A DNA stretch of 64,000 bases from contig NC_043006.1 in NCBI RefSeq assembly GCF_006345805.1, positions 9,548,001-9,612,000 of the forward strand, in the 5' to 3' direction. How positions within the stretch are numbered: the first letter of the stretch is position 1; every line of letters starts with the position of its first letter. Of the stretch, positions 22,978-35,991 are shown piece after piece. The notes beneath the pieces were generated by a model, which made no database searches, was not told the origin of the DNA, and saw nothing but the letters and a program-made list of their open reading frames with translations. The translations under genes and the position numbers were made by a program. Origin of the DNA: Octopus sinensis (Eukaryota).

Positions 22978-24135
22978 TTATTGCTTATTTAGCTTGGGTT
23001 CGAATTTACCAATAAAATTCTTTTCTCTGATTTTCCTCTCGATTTCACTTGGCCTGTGTAATTTGTAGAATGGAAATATTATATATATTTTCCGACCACA
23101 TGTTGCTAGGTGGTTACTCAAAGGTATCTGACGGCCCTCTAGGTCTCTAATCTGTTGTCGGTGTACACGTGAGCGTTCTGATAGTGCATTTCCCGTCTGA
23201 ACTACATATATTTCTTCACAATTTGGGCATTTGATGCAGTAAATTAAATTTTTGCTTTTGCAGTTCATATTCGCGTTTGTGAATATTTTCCCGGTTTTTG
23301 TGTTTATATATTGGCCGGTATGTATGAATTGGCATGTGCCACTCGGCTATCATTGCATTTAAATACAGTTAATGTTTGGTCTTTGTTGCTAAGGTCAAAT
23401 TTTGCCTTTGTTAGTAATTTGTTCTTTTACTAAGAACCATAGCTCGATCCGTGATTATGTCTTTTAATTCATTACTTTGAGCAGTGATTGGTAGGTTTGC
23501 TTTGGCAATGTTGAAGATATTCTGGTGACATGGGTTGTGTGTCACTATGAATGGTATGACTTGACTTGTTTTGCTCTTCCTTGGGTTGTCCTAAGTTGTT
23601 GTATGGGCATTTTTATAGACCGCTGTATGCCATTTTCTATAAGTAGAGATGAGTATTTTTGTTTGAGCAAAAATTCTCTTAGTTCTGTTATGCGTTTGTT
23701 CCTGATATTTGCATCTTCTATAATGGTACAAATTCTTCTGGCTAGGCAGTATGGGATGTTGCGTTTTGTATGTGGTGGATGGCACCACTTAAAATTTAGG
23801 TATTGATGTGTGTCTGTGTGTTTATAGTATGTATCTGTGGTGATGGCGGTGTCTTTTTTAATTACCATTATATCTAGGAATGGTAATTTGGTACTACTCA
23901 TCTCCTTTGTAAATTGGAGAGATGTGTGTAGGTTGTTCAGGAGGATATTGAACTCTTCCAGAGTATTTAGAGATTCTGTCCAGATTAAGAAGCAATCGTC
24001 AAGGTATCTCTTCCATGCCTTTTCAATATACTTTCTAAATCCAGTGCCATAGTTTACCTCCACCTCTTGGTAGAGTTGTTGTTCTAAGTATCCCATTACA
24101 GATTTGGCGTAAACGGGAGCAAACCTCGTTCCCAT
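22978..24135 (-). pseudogene. Penelope-like element RT + GIY-YIG endonuclease (5'-truncated)
   Basis: [18 protein letters not shown]...WKRYLDDCFLIW...LPFLDIMV...YYKHTDTHQYLNFKWCHPPHTKRNIP, then NCKSKNLIYCIKCPNCEEIYVVQTGNALSERSRVHRQQI. Truncated into (TA)n at about 24140. Confidence 0.93.
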
Positions 24136-24195
24136 ATTTATATGTACATATACACACACACATACACACACACACACATATATATACATATATAT

Positions 24196-24283
<88 letters not shown>

Positions 24284-25203
24284 GCAGGATGCATGGGTAA
24301 ATTGTAGCCAAGTTATATTATAGTGGAGTCAGTTCAGCACCATCTGTCAGAAGATTATCAACATTATGCAATTGACTCTGCCCGAAATTTGGAAAGGACA
24401 TGTTTCGTTGGTTGGAATTCGTGCCGGAAGCTCCAATACCAATATTTCACAGTGTTAGGATGCCAATCTGAAAACAGGTACCGAGAGTGATATAAATCAT
24501 ATATAGCCATGGATATAGCGAGAAGAAATTTCATGAAAAATATGTTATCTATTTCTCCTCTCATTATTTTCTGATTTAGTATTCTAAATAGAATTATAAA
24601 AGTTCTCAAATATTGTAAAATGTGTTTTTTGTCTTTCCAGAATAAATGTTGAACTGAATACTAAATTCCAAATCTAAGATTTCGATAGATACTTCAAACC
24701 ACTTTAACTCAGCTTTAGAATGTATTAAATTTATGGGAAAATGGTATCCATTACCGATCTTAACGGATTTTATGAAAAATAAATGATTATTAGATATTAA
24801 AAGGATATTGATTGCTACTAACTGTTAGCTTTATTTTAACCTAATAATTTTAACAGTGTAACGGATATTTGGCTGCAAGATAACTCTCTGTATTAGCCAT
24901 CTTTGTAAAGAACTCTCTGTGACGTTTTTTATCATTTGCGTGTATGAAATCAAGAAATGAGAAACTTGTAAAAAGATACTTTAAATTTAAGCTAGGAGAA
25001 ATGTAATGGTATTAATTTCATTCTCAATTGAAATTTATACTTTCTTTTAAAATTTAATTTGAAAAAAAATTAATTCACCACCGCAACAATTAAGCAGCAA
25101 CCGGTGTAATTAGACAGGAGAAAAGATGAGATTACGGTACAGAATTTTTAATACTACCCTGCCATCATCAAGGGGCCTCCTTGTTTAGTTTTATCTGATG
25201 CAG

Positions 25204-25329
25204 TGATAGGAAAACAAAATGCTCCGCGAAGATGCAACTGTCAACATACTGCACTTTGTCTCCAAGGTTCTTTGCAATTCGGAACAAAATCAACCGTCTC
25301 TAAGCACCAAAATTGGAAAGACATCAACA
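25204..25329 (+). CDS. Candidate 126-nt exon of an unidentified host gene
   Basis: TTTAGTTTTATCTGATGCAG acceptor and ACA|GTAAGT donor. One frame is open throughout (IGKQNAPRRCNCQHTALCLQGSLQFG...) and another from an ATG (MLREDATVNILHF...). No domain recognised. Confidence 0.25.
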
Positions 25330-26452
25330 GTAAGTAATATTCTATTCAATCACATTTCTATTATATTCTAACTCCTCTTCAAAGTTGTGACGAACAATTC
25401 CCGATGGTGATTCAAATATAACAAATGCAGTTAGCAAACTATAAATTTGGAAGTTTGTAATTAGTTATAACTTCCATATTTTCAAGATGATTTCTGACTT
25501 TCATTCATATTATCAACGGTCAAAGCATATAATCATTTCAAGTCCTAGCCAATTCAAACTAATGCGTTAAATAGGAATGCAATCAGACTCAAGATAATTT
25601 ACTATATGCATCACAGTATCCACCAAATGTTACGAAGAAATATTGATTTTATTCATACTCAGAGCACGTAACTTCCATTACGGTGGTCAAGCAGGATGGA
25701 TTGCAGTTTTACAATTTAGTAGTTGCGGATGCTGTTATATAGCCAACATATCCAGCCCAGCATTATCAAAATATAATAGATGTAGGAGTGAATGTGTATA
25801 GTGAAAATGTTTCCTTTTCCAATTCATAATAACAAGTTCATATCAATTGCATATTAGTTGGACCGATGCATTCTCCTGTTGACTTGAATAACCAGTGCTT
25901 TATAATGCATTATTCTAAACGGGGAAACAAACGGAGCTCATCAGTACGGGTATCTCTGCTTTTCTATAAGAAACACAAACCGTCGAAGGAATTTTCAGAA
26001 AATATTTTCTTTCACTAGTTGCGCAGGCACTGATACTGCTTTATTAGATTTTATGCATCCGAAATTGATAAATATCCGAAATTCGAGCGCATATCATGAA
26101 AATACATGTACTCTGATAATATCAGAATACATATTTAAAGTAGAATATTTAGTTTTACGTATTAAACACCTTTTCTGACAGAAAACAAGAATTATGTCTG
26201 CTAAAGTCCTGTTCAAGTTGTAGATAGTACGTGAAATACAGGAGTGTTTTATTATGCATCCAGAAAACTGTGATCAACTTCCATATCATATTTGATAAAG
26301 CAGTAACAGTATAGCAAAATGAATATGTTTATATTCCTTCATGTTACCGGAATAAAAGCTTCAAAATACATTCGGTTGTGGATCACGACATAATAGTTGA
26401 AGAGATTTGGTACGCTTGTTAAGATACCTACATAATTATTAAAGGTATGTAT

Positions 26453-26486
<34 letters not shown>

Positions 26487-26574
26487 GCAAAAATTTAGAT
26501 TCAAATTAATATGGTACTTAATTTAGATGCACCAGAATTTTGTATGGTGTTATCCATAAAATTTGCGGGGTGAT

Positions 26575-26945
26575 TATAATCAAAATAAGCAACAAGAATG
26601 ACTCCGGTACTTTGGTAAAATTGTTTCGCACTACATCATTTTATTAAAGGTTGTAAGTATTACAACAGATTTAAGATGCTGAGTGCTCATCACCCAATTA
26701 CATAGGTTTTCCATTAATATAAAAGCTTTCAAATCAACTAGAAACATTTGTCTGTATATCTAACTCCTCTAAAATGTTGCTACTTGATTTGAAAGATTTT
26801 ATATTAATGGAAAACCTAAGTAATTGGCTGATGAGCACTCAGCATCTTAAATCTGTTGTAATACTTACAACTTTTAATAAAATGATGTAGTGCGAAACAA
26901 TTGTACCAATTACCGGAGTCATTCTTGTTGCTTATTTTGATTATA
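26575..26945. repeat. Imperfect inverted repeat (arms about 175 bp, spacer about 20 bp) built from a hammerhead-bearing terminal repeat
   Basis: About 26575-26749 is the reverse complement of about 26771-26945, with a handful of mismatches; TA-rich flanks. Confidence 0.9.
26820..26913 (+). ncRNA. Type I hammerhead ribozyme with an extended stem II
   Basis: GUAAUUGG-CUGAUGA-GCACU[about 49 nt]AGUGC-GAAA-C(AAUU)G-UA|CCAAUUAC; perfect 8-bp stem I and canonical core. Confidence 0.85.
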
Positions 26946-26949
26946 TATA

Positions 26950-29900
26950 TAAAGCTTACATAAAACTTAGATATGTTTCGACCAGAGATTGGTCCAGGCC
27001 ATGTCTAACTTAATAGCACCACCTGATAGGATTATTCGAATCCTGTTTAAGTCAAGTTTTGTTCAAGTAGTGAGTTCTTGTTGGGTGAGTTGTATCCAGT
27101 TTTGTTCAAGTAGTGAGTTCTTGTTGGGTGAGTTGTATCCAATTATGGGTGGCTTATCTGGTATTCTTTGAAGGAATCTATCCAGACTCTGTTTAAAGTT
27201 GATGGGATCCTTTTCCTCTTTGATCTCCCTCGGGACAATGTTAAATAGGACAGGGCCTGTTGAGGAAAAGAAATTATGTTGCAGTGTACATGTATGTTGT
27301 GATCTTGAATTTGGCAGGGGACGTATAGCCCTTGGTCCAAGTCTTGGATGGACCTTGAAGCTAATGTTTAGGTCGTTTGGGCAAAGTTGGCGGTATATGT
27401 TCCACATCGTACAAATGATGTACCGCTCACGGCGACGCTGGAGGGAGTAAAGTTTCAAGGTTTTAAGGCGATCCCAATAATCGAGAGCAGCCATGCCTTC
27501 AATTTGTTTAGTGAGAGCCCTCTGGGCTGACTCAATTCTGGAGATGTTTTGTCTTGTGTGAGGAGACCACAGTGGGCAGCAGTATTCAAGGTGTGGCCGT
27601 ACAAAGGAGGAAAAAAGTGGTATGATGACACCTTGTTCTCTGGACCGGAAAGTTCTTAAGATCCAGGAACTCATCCTACGAGCTATATCAACCTTCTTGT
27701 TGATGTGTGCACTCCAACTGAGATCGTCATCAACAATTACACCCAGGTCTCTGATATTGTTAGAGGCTGTGAGCGGTTCCCCTGAAGGAAGAGAGTATGG
27801 TTGTTTTAGTGAGGAATTTCTTCCAAAATGCATCAGCTCAAATTTTCCCTCATTTAGTTGCATTTTGTTTCTGTCTGCCCATTGACTCACAGCATATAGA
27901 TCAGACTGGAGTTGAGTTCGGTCTGCTTCTTCATTGACGATTTGCTGGAGCTTAGTGTCATCAGCGAATATTTTCACTTTGCAGTGATGTACGACACTGG
28001 AAAGGTCGTTTACGTAAATTATGAAGAGTAGCGGACCCAAAACAGTTCCCTGGGGAACACCGCTGGTGACTTTTGTTGGGTTTGAGTGGACTCCATCAAC
28101 TACAACATGTTGCGTTCTATTCGCCAGGAAATACTTAATCCAGTGTAGAACTTTTCCACGGATTCCAACATTTGCCAATTTCGAGAGTAGGATGTTATGG
28201 TCTACCCTGTCGAACGCTTTACTGAAGTCAAGATATATGACGTCAGAGTTCGAACCTGTTCCCAAGGCTTTGAGTACATCTTCAATGTGGTGTAAGAGCT
28301 GTGTTAGACAGTCCCTGCCACAGCGAAAGCCATGCTGATTTGAATTTAGGAGTTTGTGGGTCTCCAGGAAGTCAGCTATCCTTGATCTTAACACTCTTTC
28401 AAACACTTTAATGATGTGGGAGGTGAGTGAGATTGGGCGATAGTTGACTGCGAGGGATCTGTTTCCCTGTTTGAAAACCGGGATGACCGACTGGGATAGA
28501 AACTGTTTCGGTATATAACCTGCGTCTAACGAGTTTCTCCAGAGGTTGGTCAGAGGGACTGCAAGTTGATATCTACATTCCTTCAGGAGACTAGCGGGAA
28601 ATCTATCAGGGCCTACAGCAGAGTAATGTTTGACCTCATTTATTGCTGCTACGATGTCGGTGGCAGTGAAGGTTATGTCTGCGATTTTGTGTTGGGAGTC
28701 AACTTCGTTCGTTTCCTTCACGTCAATATCAGTGGGAACACTGAAGACAGAGCAGTATTGTTTCTGCAGTATTTCTGCCATTTCTTTAGCATCGTGTTGG
28801 GGAATGCCGTTATCATCAATCAATGGCCCAATGGGTGAGACAGTGGTTCTATGCTTATTTGCATAAGAATAGAACACTTTTGGGTTCTGTTTGATGTTTT
28901 TGATTACCCATTGTTCCTCCACAGCTCTTTGATTTTCAATGGAGGTTTTCATGTCTGCAGATGAAGTTTTTCCAGCTCTAGTCTTTTCATTGTTGTTGAA
29001 TGTGGATGTTGTGTGTGGGAATATTTTAATTGGTTGATTTTTTTGTTGAGTCTTTCGATGTGCCTGATAAGTGTTTTTTTTTCTTTTTAGGGAGCCGGTT
29101 TCTGTTTGTGTTAGTAGATTTCTTGGGAGCGTGTTTAGAGCATGTATAGGTGACAATGGTTTCAAAGTGCTGCCACGCGGTCTCAATATGAGGGGAATTG
29201 AGAGTAAAAGACCAGTCGATGGAAGACAGATCCTTTCTGATTGTTCCCTAGTCCGCTTTGTGGAAATTTATGTTGTCAAATGGGTGCCATGGAGTGGGAT
29301 TGGCTGGTTTGATTTTTATATGTCGGGAATTAAGATTGCAGAGTACTATGTCGTGGTCTGAGAGGAGAGTTTTTTCGACTGAAATGCTGTGAACGTAGCT
29401 AGAGTGATTAGTCAATACCAGATCCAAGATCGTTTTATTCTGTCTCGTTGGTTCAAGCACTAGCTGAGTCAGGAAATACTCATCCATCAGATTAAAGAGC
29501 AGTTCTGCTGCTGCCCTATCTGATGTAGAGCACTTGCCTAACTTCGGAGTATTTGTGGGCCAGTTCACATGAGGGAGGTTAAAATCACCCATCACTAGTA
29601 TGTTTCCGGGGTGGTACTTCCGAAGCAAGGACTTGACTTTGCTAAGGCACTCTTCAAAGTACTTTAGAGGTGCCTGGGGAGGCCTGTAAAGACCAACAAT
29701 GGTTATGTCCTTGGCTTTGTTGTATAGTGATACCGATTCACAGTAGCCATTGGAAAATGTGTCCTTGGCATCAAGTGAAAAGGAGTCATGGATAAAGATG
29801 GCTGTCCCTCCCTTATTTCGGTCTGTGCGATCCGCACAAACAATGGTGAAATCTTTTATTTTCACCTCTGCGTCAATATGGGTGTTGTTCAGGTGAGTCT

Positions 29901-30300
29901 CGGTAAGGATAAAGAAAGGGAAGTAATGTGCCATTTCGGCAAGCCAACTCTCTATATATGGGATCTTCCATTTTGGGGCAATAATTGATGGGTTGATGCC
30001 ACGTACCTTTAACAGGAATGTCGAGGTAAGGGAAGTTGGTAATGGGTGAGAGGTCCTTGTGATTTGCATAGATGGTTGGTGATGGCTCGCTGGATCTCCT
30101 GGCTTAGGTCGGCCTTCATATTTTCCAGGTATGTCAGTAAAAAAGATTTGCTTGTTTGGTTTGCCACTTGGTCAGAGGATACATATTTCAAGTTGGCGTT
30201 ATTTGGTGTTTTTTCATGGTTCTGTCTACGTTGTTTGATTGTAGAAGGGGAAACGTGGTTGTATTTTGTTCTTGTTGTTGTCCTAGATTTCCTCTGTTCA
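26950..30300 (-). mobile_element. CR1-type LINE (ORF2 APE + RT, probable ORF1 C-terminal remnant, intact 3' end)
   Basis: APE 29248-30069 (ILTETHL, GGTAIFI, VGLYRPP, VMGDFNLP, ILDLVLTN) and RT 27063-29186 (NYRPISLTSHIIKVFER, QHGFR, YLDFSKAFD, SGVPQGTVLGPLLF, FADD, RPHLEYCCPLWSP). Frameshift(s) lie between the two. 30009-30300 may be the end of ORF1. Confidence 0.93.
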
Positions 30301-30375
30301 TATATATGTATGTATATATGCATGTATACACACACACTCACACACACACACACATATATATGTATGTATATATAT

Positions 30376-30441
<66 letters not shown>

Positions 30442-30479
30442 GTGTGTGTGTGTGTATAGGATTCCTAGCGCTTAAGTCA

Positions 30480-31420
30480 TCAAACATGATAATTCGCCTT
30501 AATCCGCCGGTAGGAATTGCCGTTGATTATCTCCACCAAAATTTATGGGGATTTTATACTAGGAAATGGTTGAAATCTCAGGAAGCAGAAACTAAAAGTC
30601 GATGGATATTTATAGGAATCTCTCTTATTTAATCAGGGATTTAATTTCGCATGATATGCTATATAGCAGCGGATTAATACATCACCAAAACGCTTTGCTA
30701 AACCTTGTTCTTGATTTAATATGCTTTGGGGATTTGCCGAAATATAACTGGTTCGAATCTATCTCTCTGTCAGTTTGAATGTTTAAGTTCCAGAGGAGTT
30801 AGATGTGATCTTTTTCAAGCACTGGAGGTGGATCGTGTTCCCATCAGTTCGTATCACGGGGCAGTGAATATATTGTGCAGCTCTATCATGGCTGTTGAGA
30901 TATTATGTAGGCGCAATAAGACTGCACTTGGAGACAACATGATCAATGGTTTCATTTTGTTGCTGACATACGCGACATTTTGGGCAACTGCCGTTCTTTA
31001 ATATGTTGGGCTGGTAGTTTCTTGTAAGTAGACATTGATCTTCAGCTGCTATGATAAACTATTCTGTTTGAAATTTTAAGCCAGAGGCCATTTACCCTTG
31101 ATGGGTCAGGGCTTTGTCAACATAGGCATTATTCGCTCTCTTTGGGTATTTGCCATTGAGAGATTTTTCTTGCCATTTATCAACCAAAATATCTAAGGCA
31201 GCAGTTTTAGCAAGGGTTTTCATGCGCTTAACTTTTTTTGTGCTTGTTTCTTCTGTCTAATACCGAAATTTGTTGTATTCGGAATTCACTTAGATATTCC
31301 TTTGCCTGCTTTGTTACTAAGTATGATGCTTTTTTGTTTTCATGTTTTGAGACAAGTTTTAACATCCAGTCCTCAGAGATTTTCAGGTAGGTGTCTAGGC
31401 CAATTGTAACAATCTTCATT
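30480..31420 (-). mobile_element. Decayed R4/Dong-type 3' half
   Basis: MKIVTIGLDTYLKISEDWMLKLVSKHENKK..., a zinc-knuckle region with frameshifts, and WEHDPPPVLEKDHI*LLWNLNIQTDREID; starts at a (TAA)n tract. Confidence 0.8.
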
Positions 31421-31449
31421 GTTATAAATTATTATTATTATTATTATTA

Positions 31450-31498
<49 letters not shown>

Positions 31499-31499
31499 G

Positions 31500-32295
31500 T
31501 TATTTTTTTCCCAGGAGTCTTATTTTTATCACGTTCTTTCACTGCACTGCCGAGCGAAGTACTGTAGATTGCTGTGGTGCACTTATTTTCACTCTATTGA
31601 AAGTGTTTTAGTAGGATGTGCCCTGTGCCTAATTGTGCTATTTTATGTATGTTATATATATACTTGTAAGCCCTGGTGTCTTTGTTATGCATTTGTCTGA
31701 ATATTTTTTATCATACCTAATGCGCTTCCTATGAGAGGAATTATTTCTCTTTTTAGACTCCACATTCAAGTTACCTCTATTTCCACGTCTTTCTATTTTG
31801 AAAGATTCTCCATTTCTTTTAGACAAACGCCGTCATCTTTTCGCATTGTTTCATCTATTAGAAGGCATTTTTTATCTCTGGCAACTGTAACCAGTCTACT
31901 AGTTTTGTTTTCTCTATCTGTGTGCATTGGCATATCCCAGGGTATGGTTGCTCTCTTATTTTCTCGGGTGTACCTATACCATCATTTTTGTTCTTTTTCC
32001 ATAGTGTTGGCATAGCTTCCAGTGTGTATAGTTCCCAACTCTGACGTGTCAGTGAATATATTCCTTCTTAGCCAAGAATGGGCAGCCAAAGACAAAATAA
32101 TTCATTGTTTCTTCTTCATTATCATATGCTCTGCAGTTACTTGTATTTCTTTTCATTACATGTTTTTTTGTTATTTCTGTTAGGGAAGCTTTGATATTTG
32201 TGCTGTAATTAAAAATCCTTCAGTTTCTGCTTTGAGTCCTGAGCTTCTCAGCCATTGCTGAGATTTCTCTTTGTCTATTTCTCTTCTGTTTAGCT
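31500..32295 (-). mobile_element. Decayed R4/Dong-type 3' end
   Basis: SQQWLRSSGLKAETEGFLITAQ...KKCLLID...LSK*KDVEIEVT*MWSLKREIIPLIGSALGMIKK; bounded by (TAA)n tracts. Confidence 0.82.
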
Positions 32296-32314
32296 TATTA
32301 TTATTATTATTATT

Positions 32315-32868
32315 GAGTGAGCGAGCAGAGCATGCCATCAAAGTGACACTGGGGTAAAATATACGAAGTCCAGTATACCCATCATGACTACCCGTCTGAT
32401 AAGGGTACACCAGGCACATGCATCACAACCATATGTGCGCAACATGGTGATCTCATATCAAGATAAACAGCACATGACCTTGCAGGTGGGACCCAGTTAG
32501 AATTTTCTTCGGATCGAGTAGCCCATCCCGCTCAAACAGTCCCTGAATAAGGGTTGTTTAAGGACGTTGAACGAAACACCCATGTTTCCAGAGGTGAATT
32601 ATTCAAACCCCAAAGAATCCTTCTCAACACATGGCTATGATGCTCCCCCACTACTTATGCTCGTGATCAGAGATGCACATATCGTCAGCCACTAAGGGAC
32701 ATGCTCAACTGGTTAAGGTCAAACAACTGACAAGCAAATCTGTGGTATTGAGCAGAATATTTGCTGTAGCCCATCTTTTATACCAAGACAAACCAATGTA
32801 CATGATAGCACTTCCAATCAGTTAAGATCAGAAGCCATGAGAGCCACTGCCTGGTACTGCATCAGGGC
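32315..32868 (-). mobile_element. Non-coding element of about 550 bp inserted in (TAA)n; probable non-autonomous partner of R4/Dong elements
   Basis: GC-richer block bounded on both sides by (TAA)n, with no tRNA head and no transposase or RT homology seen. I recall it as a recurrent Octopus repeat but cannot verify that here. Confidence 0.55.
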
Positions 32869-32935
<67 letters not shown>

Positions 32936-32938
32936 GTT

Positions 32939-32969
<31 letters not shown>

Positions 32970-33510
32970 CATCATCATCATCATCATCATTATCATCATC
33001 ATCCTAATTATTCTCCGTAATAACAAATACCTTCAACACTATCCCTGTCTTTATCACTAATATTTTTTCATATATGTAGTCCATTCTAGAACGGTTTACA
33101 GTTTCTATTCAAGTAAATAGCATATGAAAATAGGGGTTAGTTCTCTATCGCAATATAAGTATACTGAATTCTCTTGTCCATCTAGAATATCTATAGTAAT
33201 ATAGATTCAATTACTTAGAGTATATAATACAACTCGCATGATTTTCAAAGGAACTTCAATGGATGGCATTTATTTCTAAAGTTAATGTCATTCATAGTTA
33301 CTTGACTGAAATGATTTCTTTGTATGTGTCTTGAAATGTATGACACCCGCCCATATGAAAAAGATATTCTCAATGAACTCAGCAGCTCATGATATAATCG
33401 CATTCAAACCTTGATTGTATATGGGGGCTTGCCTCCTTTATCATAAACAGTCAAGACCAGTTCGCTCTGCACTTACTGACGACACAGAATGCAAGAATCT
33501 TTCTACGTTT

Positions 33511-33555
<45 letters not shown>

Positions 33556-34800
33556 GGATGAATGAATTATCCTTTGTTTACCGTTAAATCGAAAATTCAA
33601 TAAACAGTTACCAGGGTAGCAAAATTCACGCAAGTAACACGGATGAAGCGACCTTTTCAAAGGTACAAACGCCGGGTTATTTACTTATATATATACGTGT
33701 ATATATATATACATATCTTGAAGCATCATGAGTAACGTATTAAAATATCTTAGAAGGCTGCACCAAATTTTGTTTTGCGCTTACATTCGACGCTGTCAGC
33801 CCAACTTCATATATTGCTTGTAACAGTTGTATCGTGCCACGGTGCCTTATGTCTATTGTATATAAAATTTCATACTGTAAAAATTAATGTTGCTCAATTA
33901 TAAAAGAGACCACGTGATTTATACAGTAACTCTTATTGTTGATATAATCAGAAGTAGTACTTTTTTGTTAGATATAATTATTCATTTATGCATTTCTTTA
34001 TTCATTTGTTACGATATCTGCTTTAATTGCGACATTTGATATATACAACTTATCTTACAACAATTGCTTCTTCATAATGTAATAGTTATCAGTTTTTTCA
34101 ATTATTAATTAATTTCTTTGAATACGTTCTGAAAACGTAAACAACAAAAGCGATATATGTTGAATTGTCTAGATCTATATAGATAATTGGACCTATTTCC
34201 AACAGTTTATCAGAAACACCGGCCAATATATAACAATATTCTTGAGATTTATCGATCAATTATATTTTATTGTACACAACTGCTAGGTAATTTGAAAATA
34301 CTGGAATTACATTTTCGTCTACTGAAGTGCAATGAAGTACATAATGTATTTGATTAGATGAACAATCAAATGCCAAATTAAATTACTGCATCAACTATAA
34401 CCATTTTAGTTCAATTTAATTTATTGAATATTTACAACAGCAATGTGAAATACAAAAGATTTAAATATCAAATAAATATAATTTTCAATCACTCGTTCCG
34501 AAGGAGTGTCGAAGATAATAGAAACGTCACATAACAAATTACTGCTGTTGCTTTTGCCAAACGACTTTCAATAGATCTATTTGAAAAGAAATTGTAGTCA
34601 CGGCGACATGGTTCGATTACGAGTATTTCGAACTATATTACTTTCTGTCTTTTCGTCGATAAAATAAAGGAGCTGGTATGAGAGGGAGAGTGAGTGAGAG
34701 AGAGAGAAAAGGAAAGAGAGAGAGATGCCATATATAGAAACTACAGAGGTTCTTTCGAATGTAACAGAATTACATTTTGTTAAGCACTATGTTTACAAGG

Positions 34801-35055
34801 TACTCTTTTCTCTTTTATTTGTTTCATTCATTTGACTGCCGCCATGCTGGAGCACCGCCTTTAGTCGAGCAAATCAACCCCATGAATTATTCTTTGTATG
34901 CCTAGTACTTATTATATCGGTCTCTTTTGCCGAAACGCTAAGTTATGGGGACGTAAACACACCAAGCGATATTGGTGGTAAAAAACACAGACACACACAC
35001 ACATATATACACACAAACACACACACACACACACATATATACACACAAACACACG

Positions 35056-35105
<50 letters not shown>

Positions 35106-35268
35106 CGACGGACTTCTTTCAGTTTCCGTCTACCAAATCCACTCACAAGGCTTTGGTCGGCCCGAGGGTATGGTAGAAAACACTTGCCCAAGGTGCTACG
35201 CAGTGGGACCGAACCCGGAACCATGCAGTTGGTATGCAAGCTACTTTCCACACAGCCACTTTTGCGCC
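34801..35268 (-). mobile_element. SINE family B
   Basis: Same head, core and tail as the 9458 copy, more diverged. Confidence 0.88.
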
Positions 35269-35991
35269 TGTGAAGATAAAATAATCGAGCTCCCCGACTT
35301 GTTACTGTGAATGTTGTAGCGTTTGGTTGTGAATGCCATTAAGTTCCTAATGACTTCCGCTTAGATGCATTCCAGTTAGACGATCCCAGGTTTCATCTCC
35401 ATGAATGATGCATTAACTACGTAATACGTTTCGTTATTTGAGAATGTAGAATGTGATTGAAATTAAGTGGTTGCTATTCTCGCTGGACTAATACAATTCT
35501 GCAGTCTCCCCAGTTCATGTACGTTACTCATTGTCAACAAAAGATGTTACATGAACATTTGTTAAATATCCCATTGGAATTAAGTCAATGACATTGCACT
35601 CCTTATTTTGAAGCATATCACTTGTCAAAAACAAACAAATGAATATTAAAATATTTTGGGATATTTTAACAAGACTGTACAATTTAATGATTTGTTGTCG
35701 GTCGATATTTTTTTCTTGTTGAAGCCCATGTTGGATAAATATGTAGAGAGTAAATATCAAGTTTAAAATGTATTTATTTGTGCTTTGAATGAGTAATTAT
35801 GTCATGTACATCAACACAAGGGGATCATTTAATACTAATACATGCTTTGTATCCTCCTAAATACATACACGTTTAAAAATAAGTGTCATTTTATATACAC
35901 ATTTTAAGATTCGAAGCAATACGTATGAATTTACTTAAATAATTTTTTATGTGTAATGATAGAATATTTGTAGGTTATAGTAATGCAGCGG

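Noticed and set aside
24364-24609. GPCR TM2-like stretch (FLLAISMAIYDL)
   Set aside because: The similarity is too short, with no further helices or splice support.
25930-25950. CUGAUGAG motif on the minus strand
   Set aside because: No matching stem II closure with GAAA downstream; not a hammerhead.
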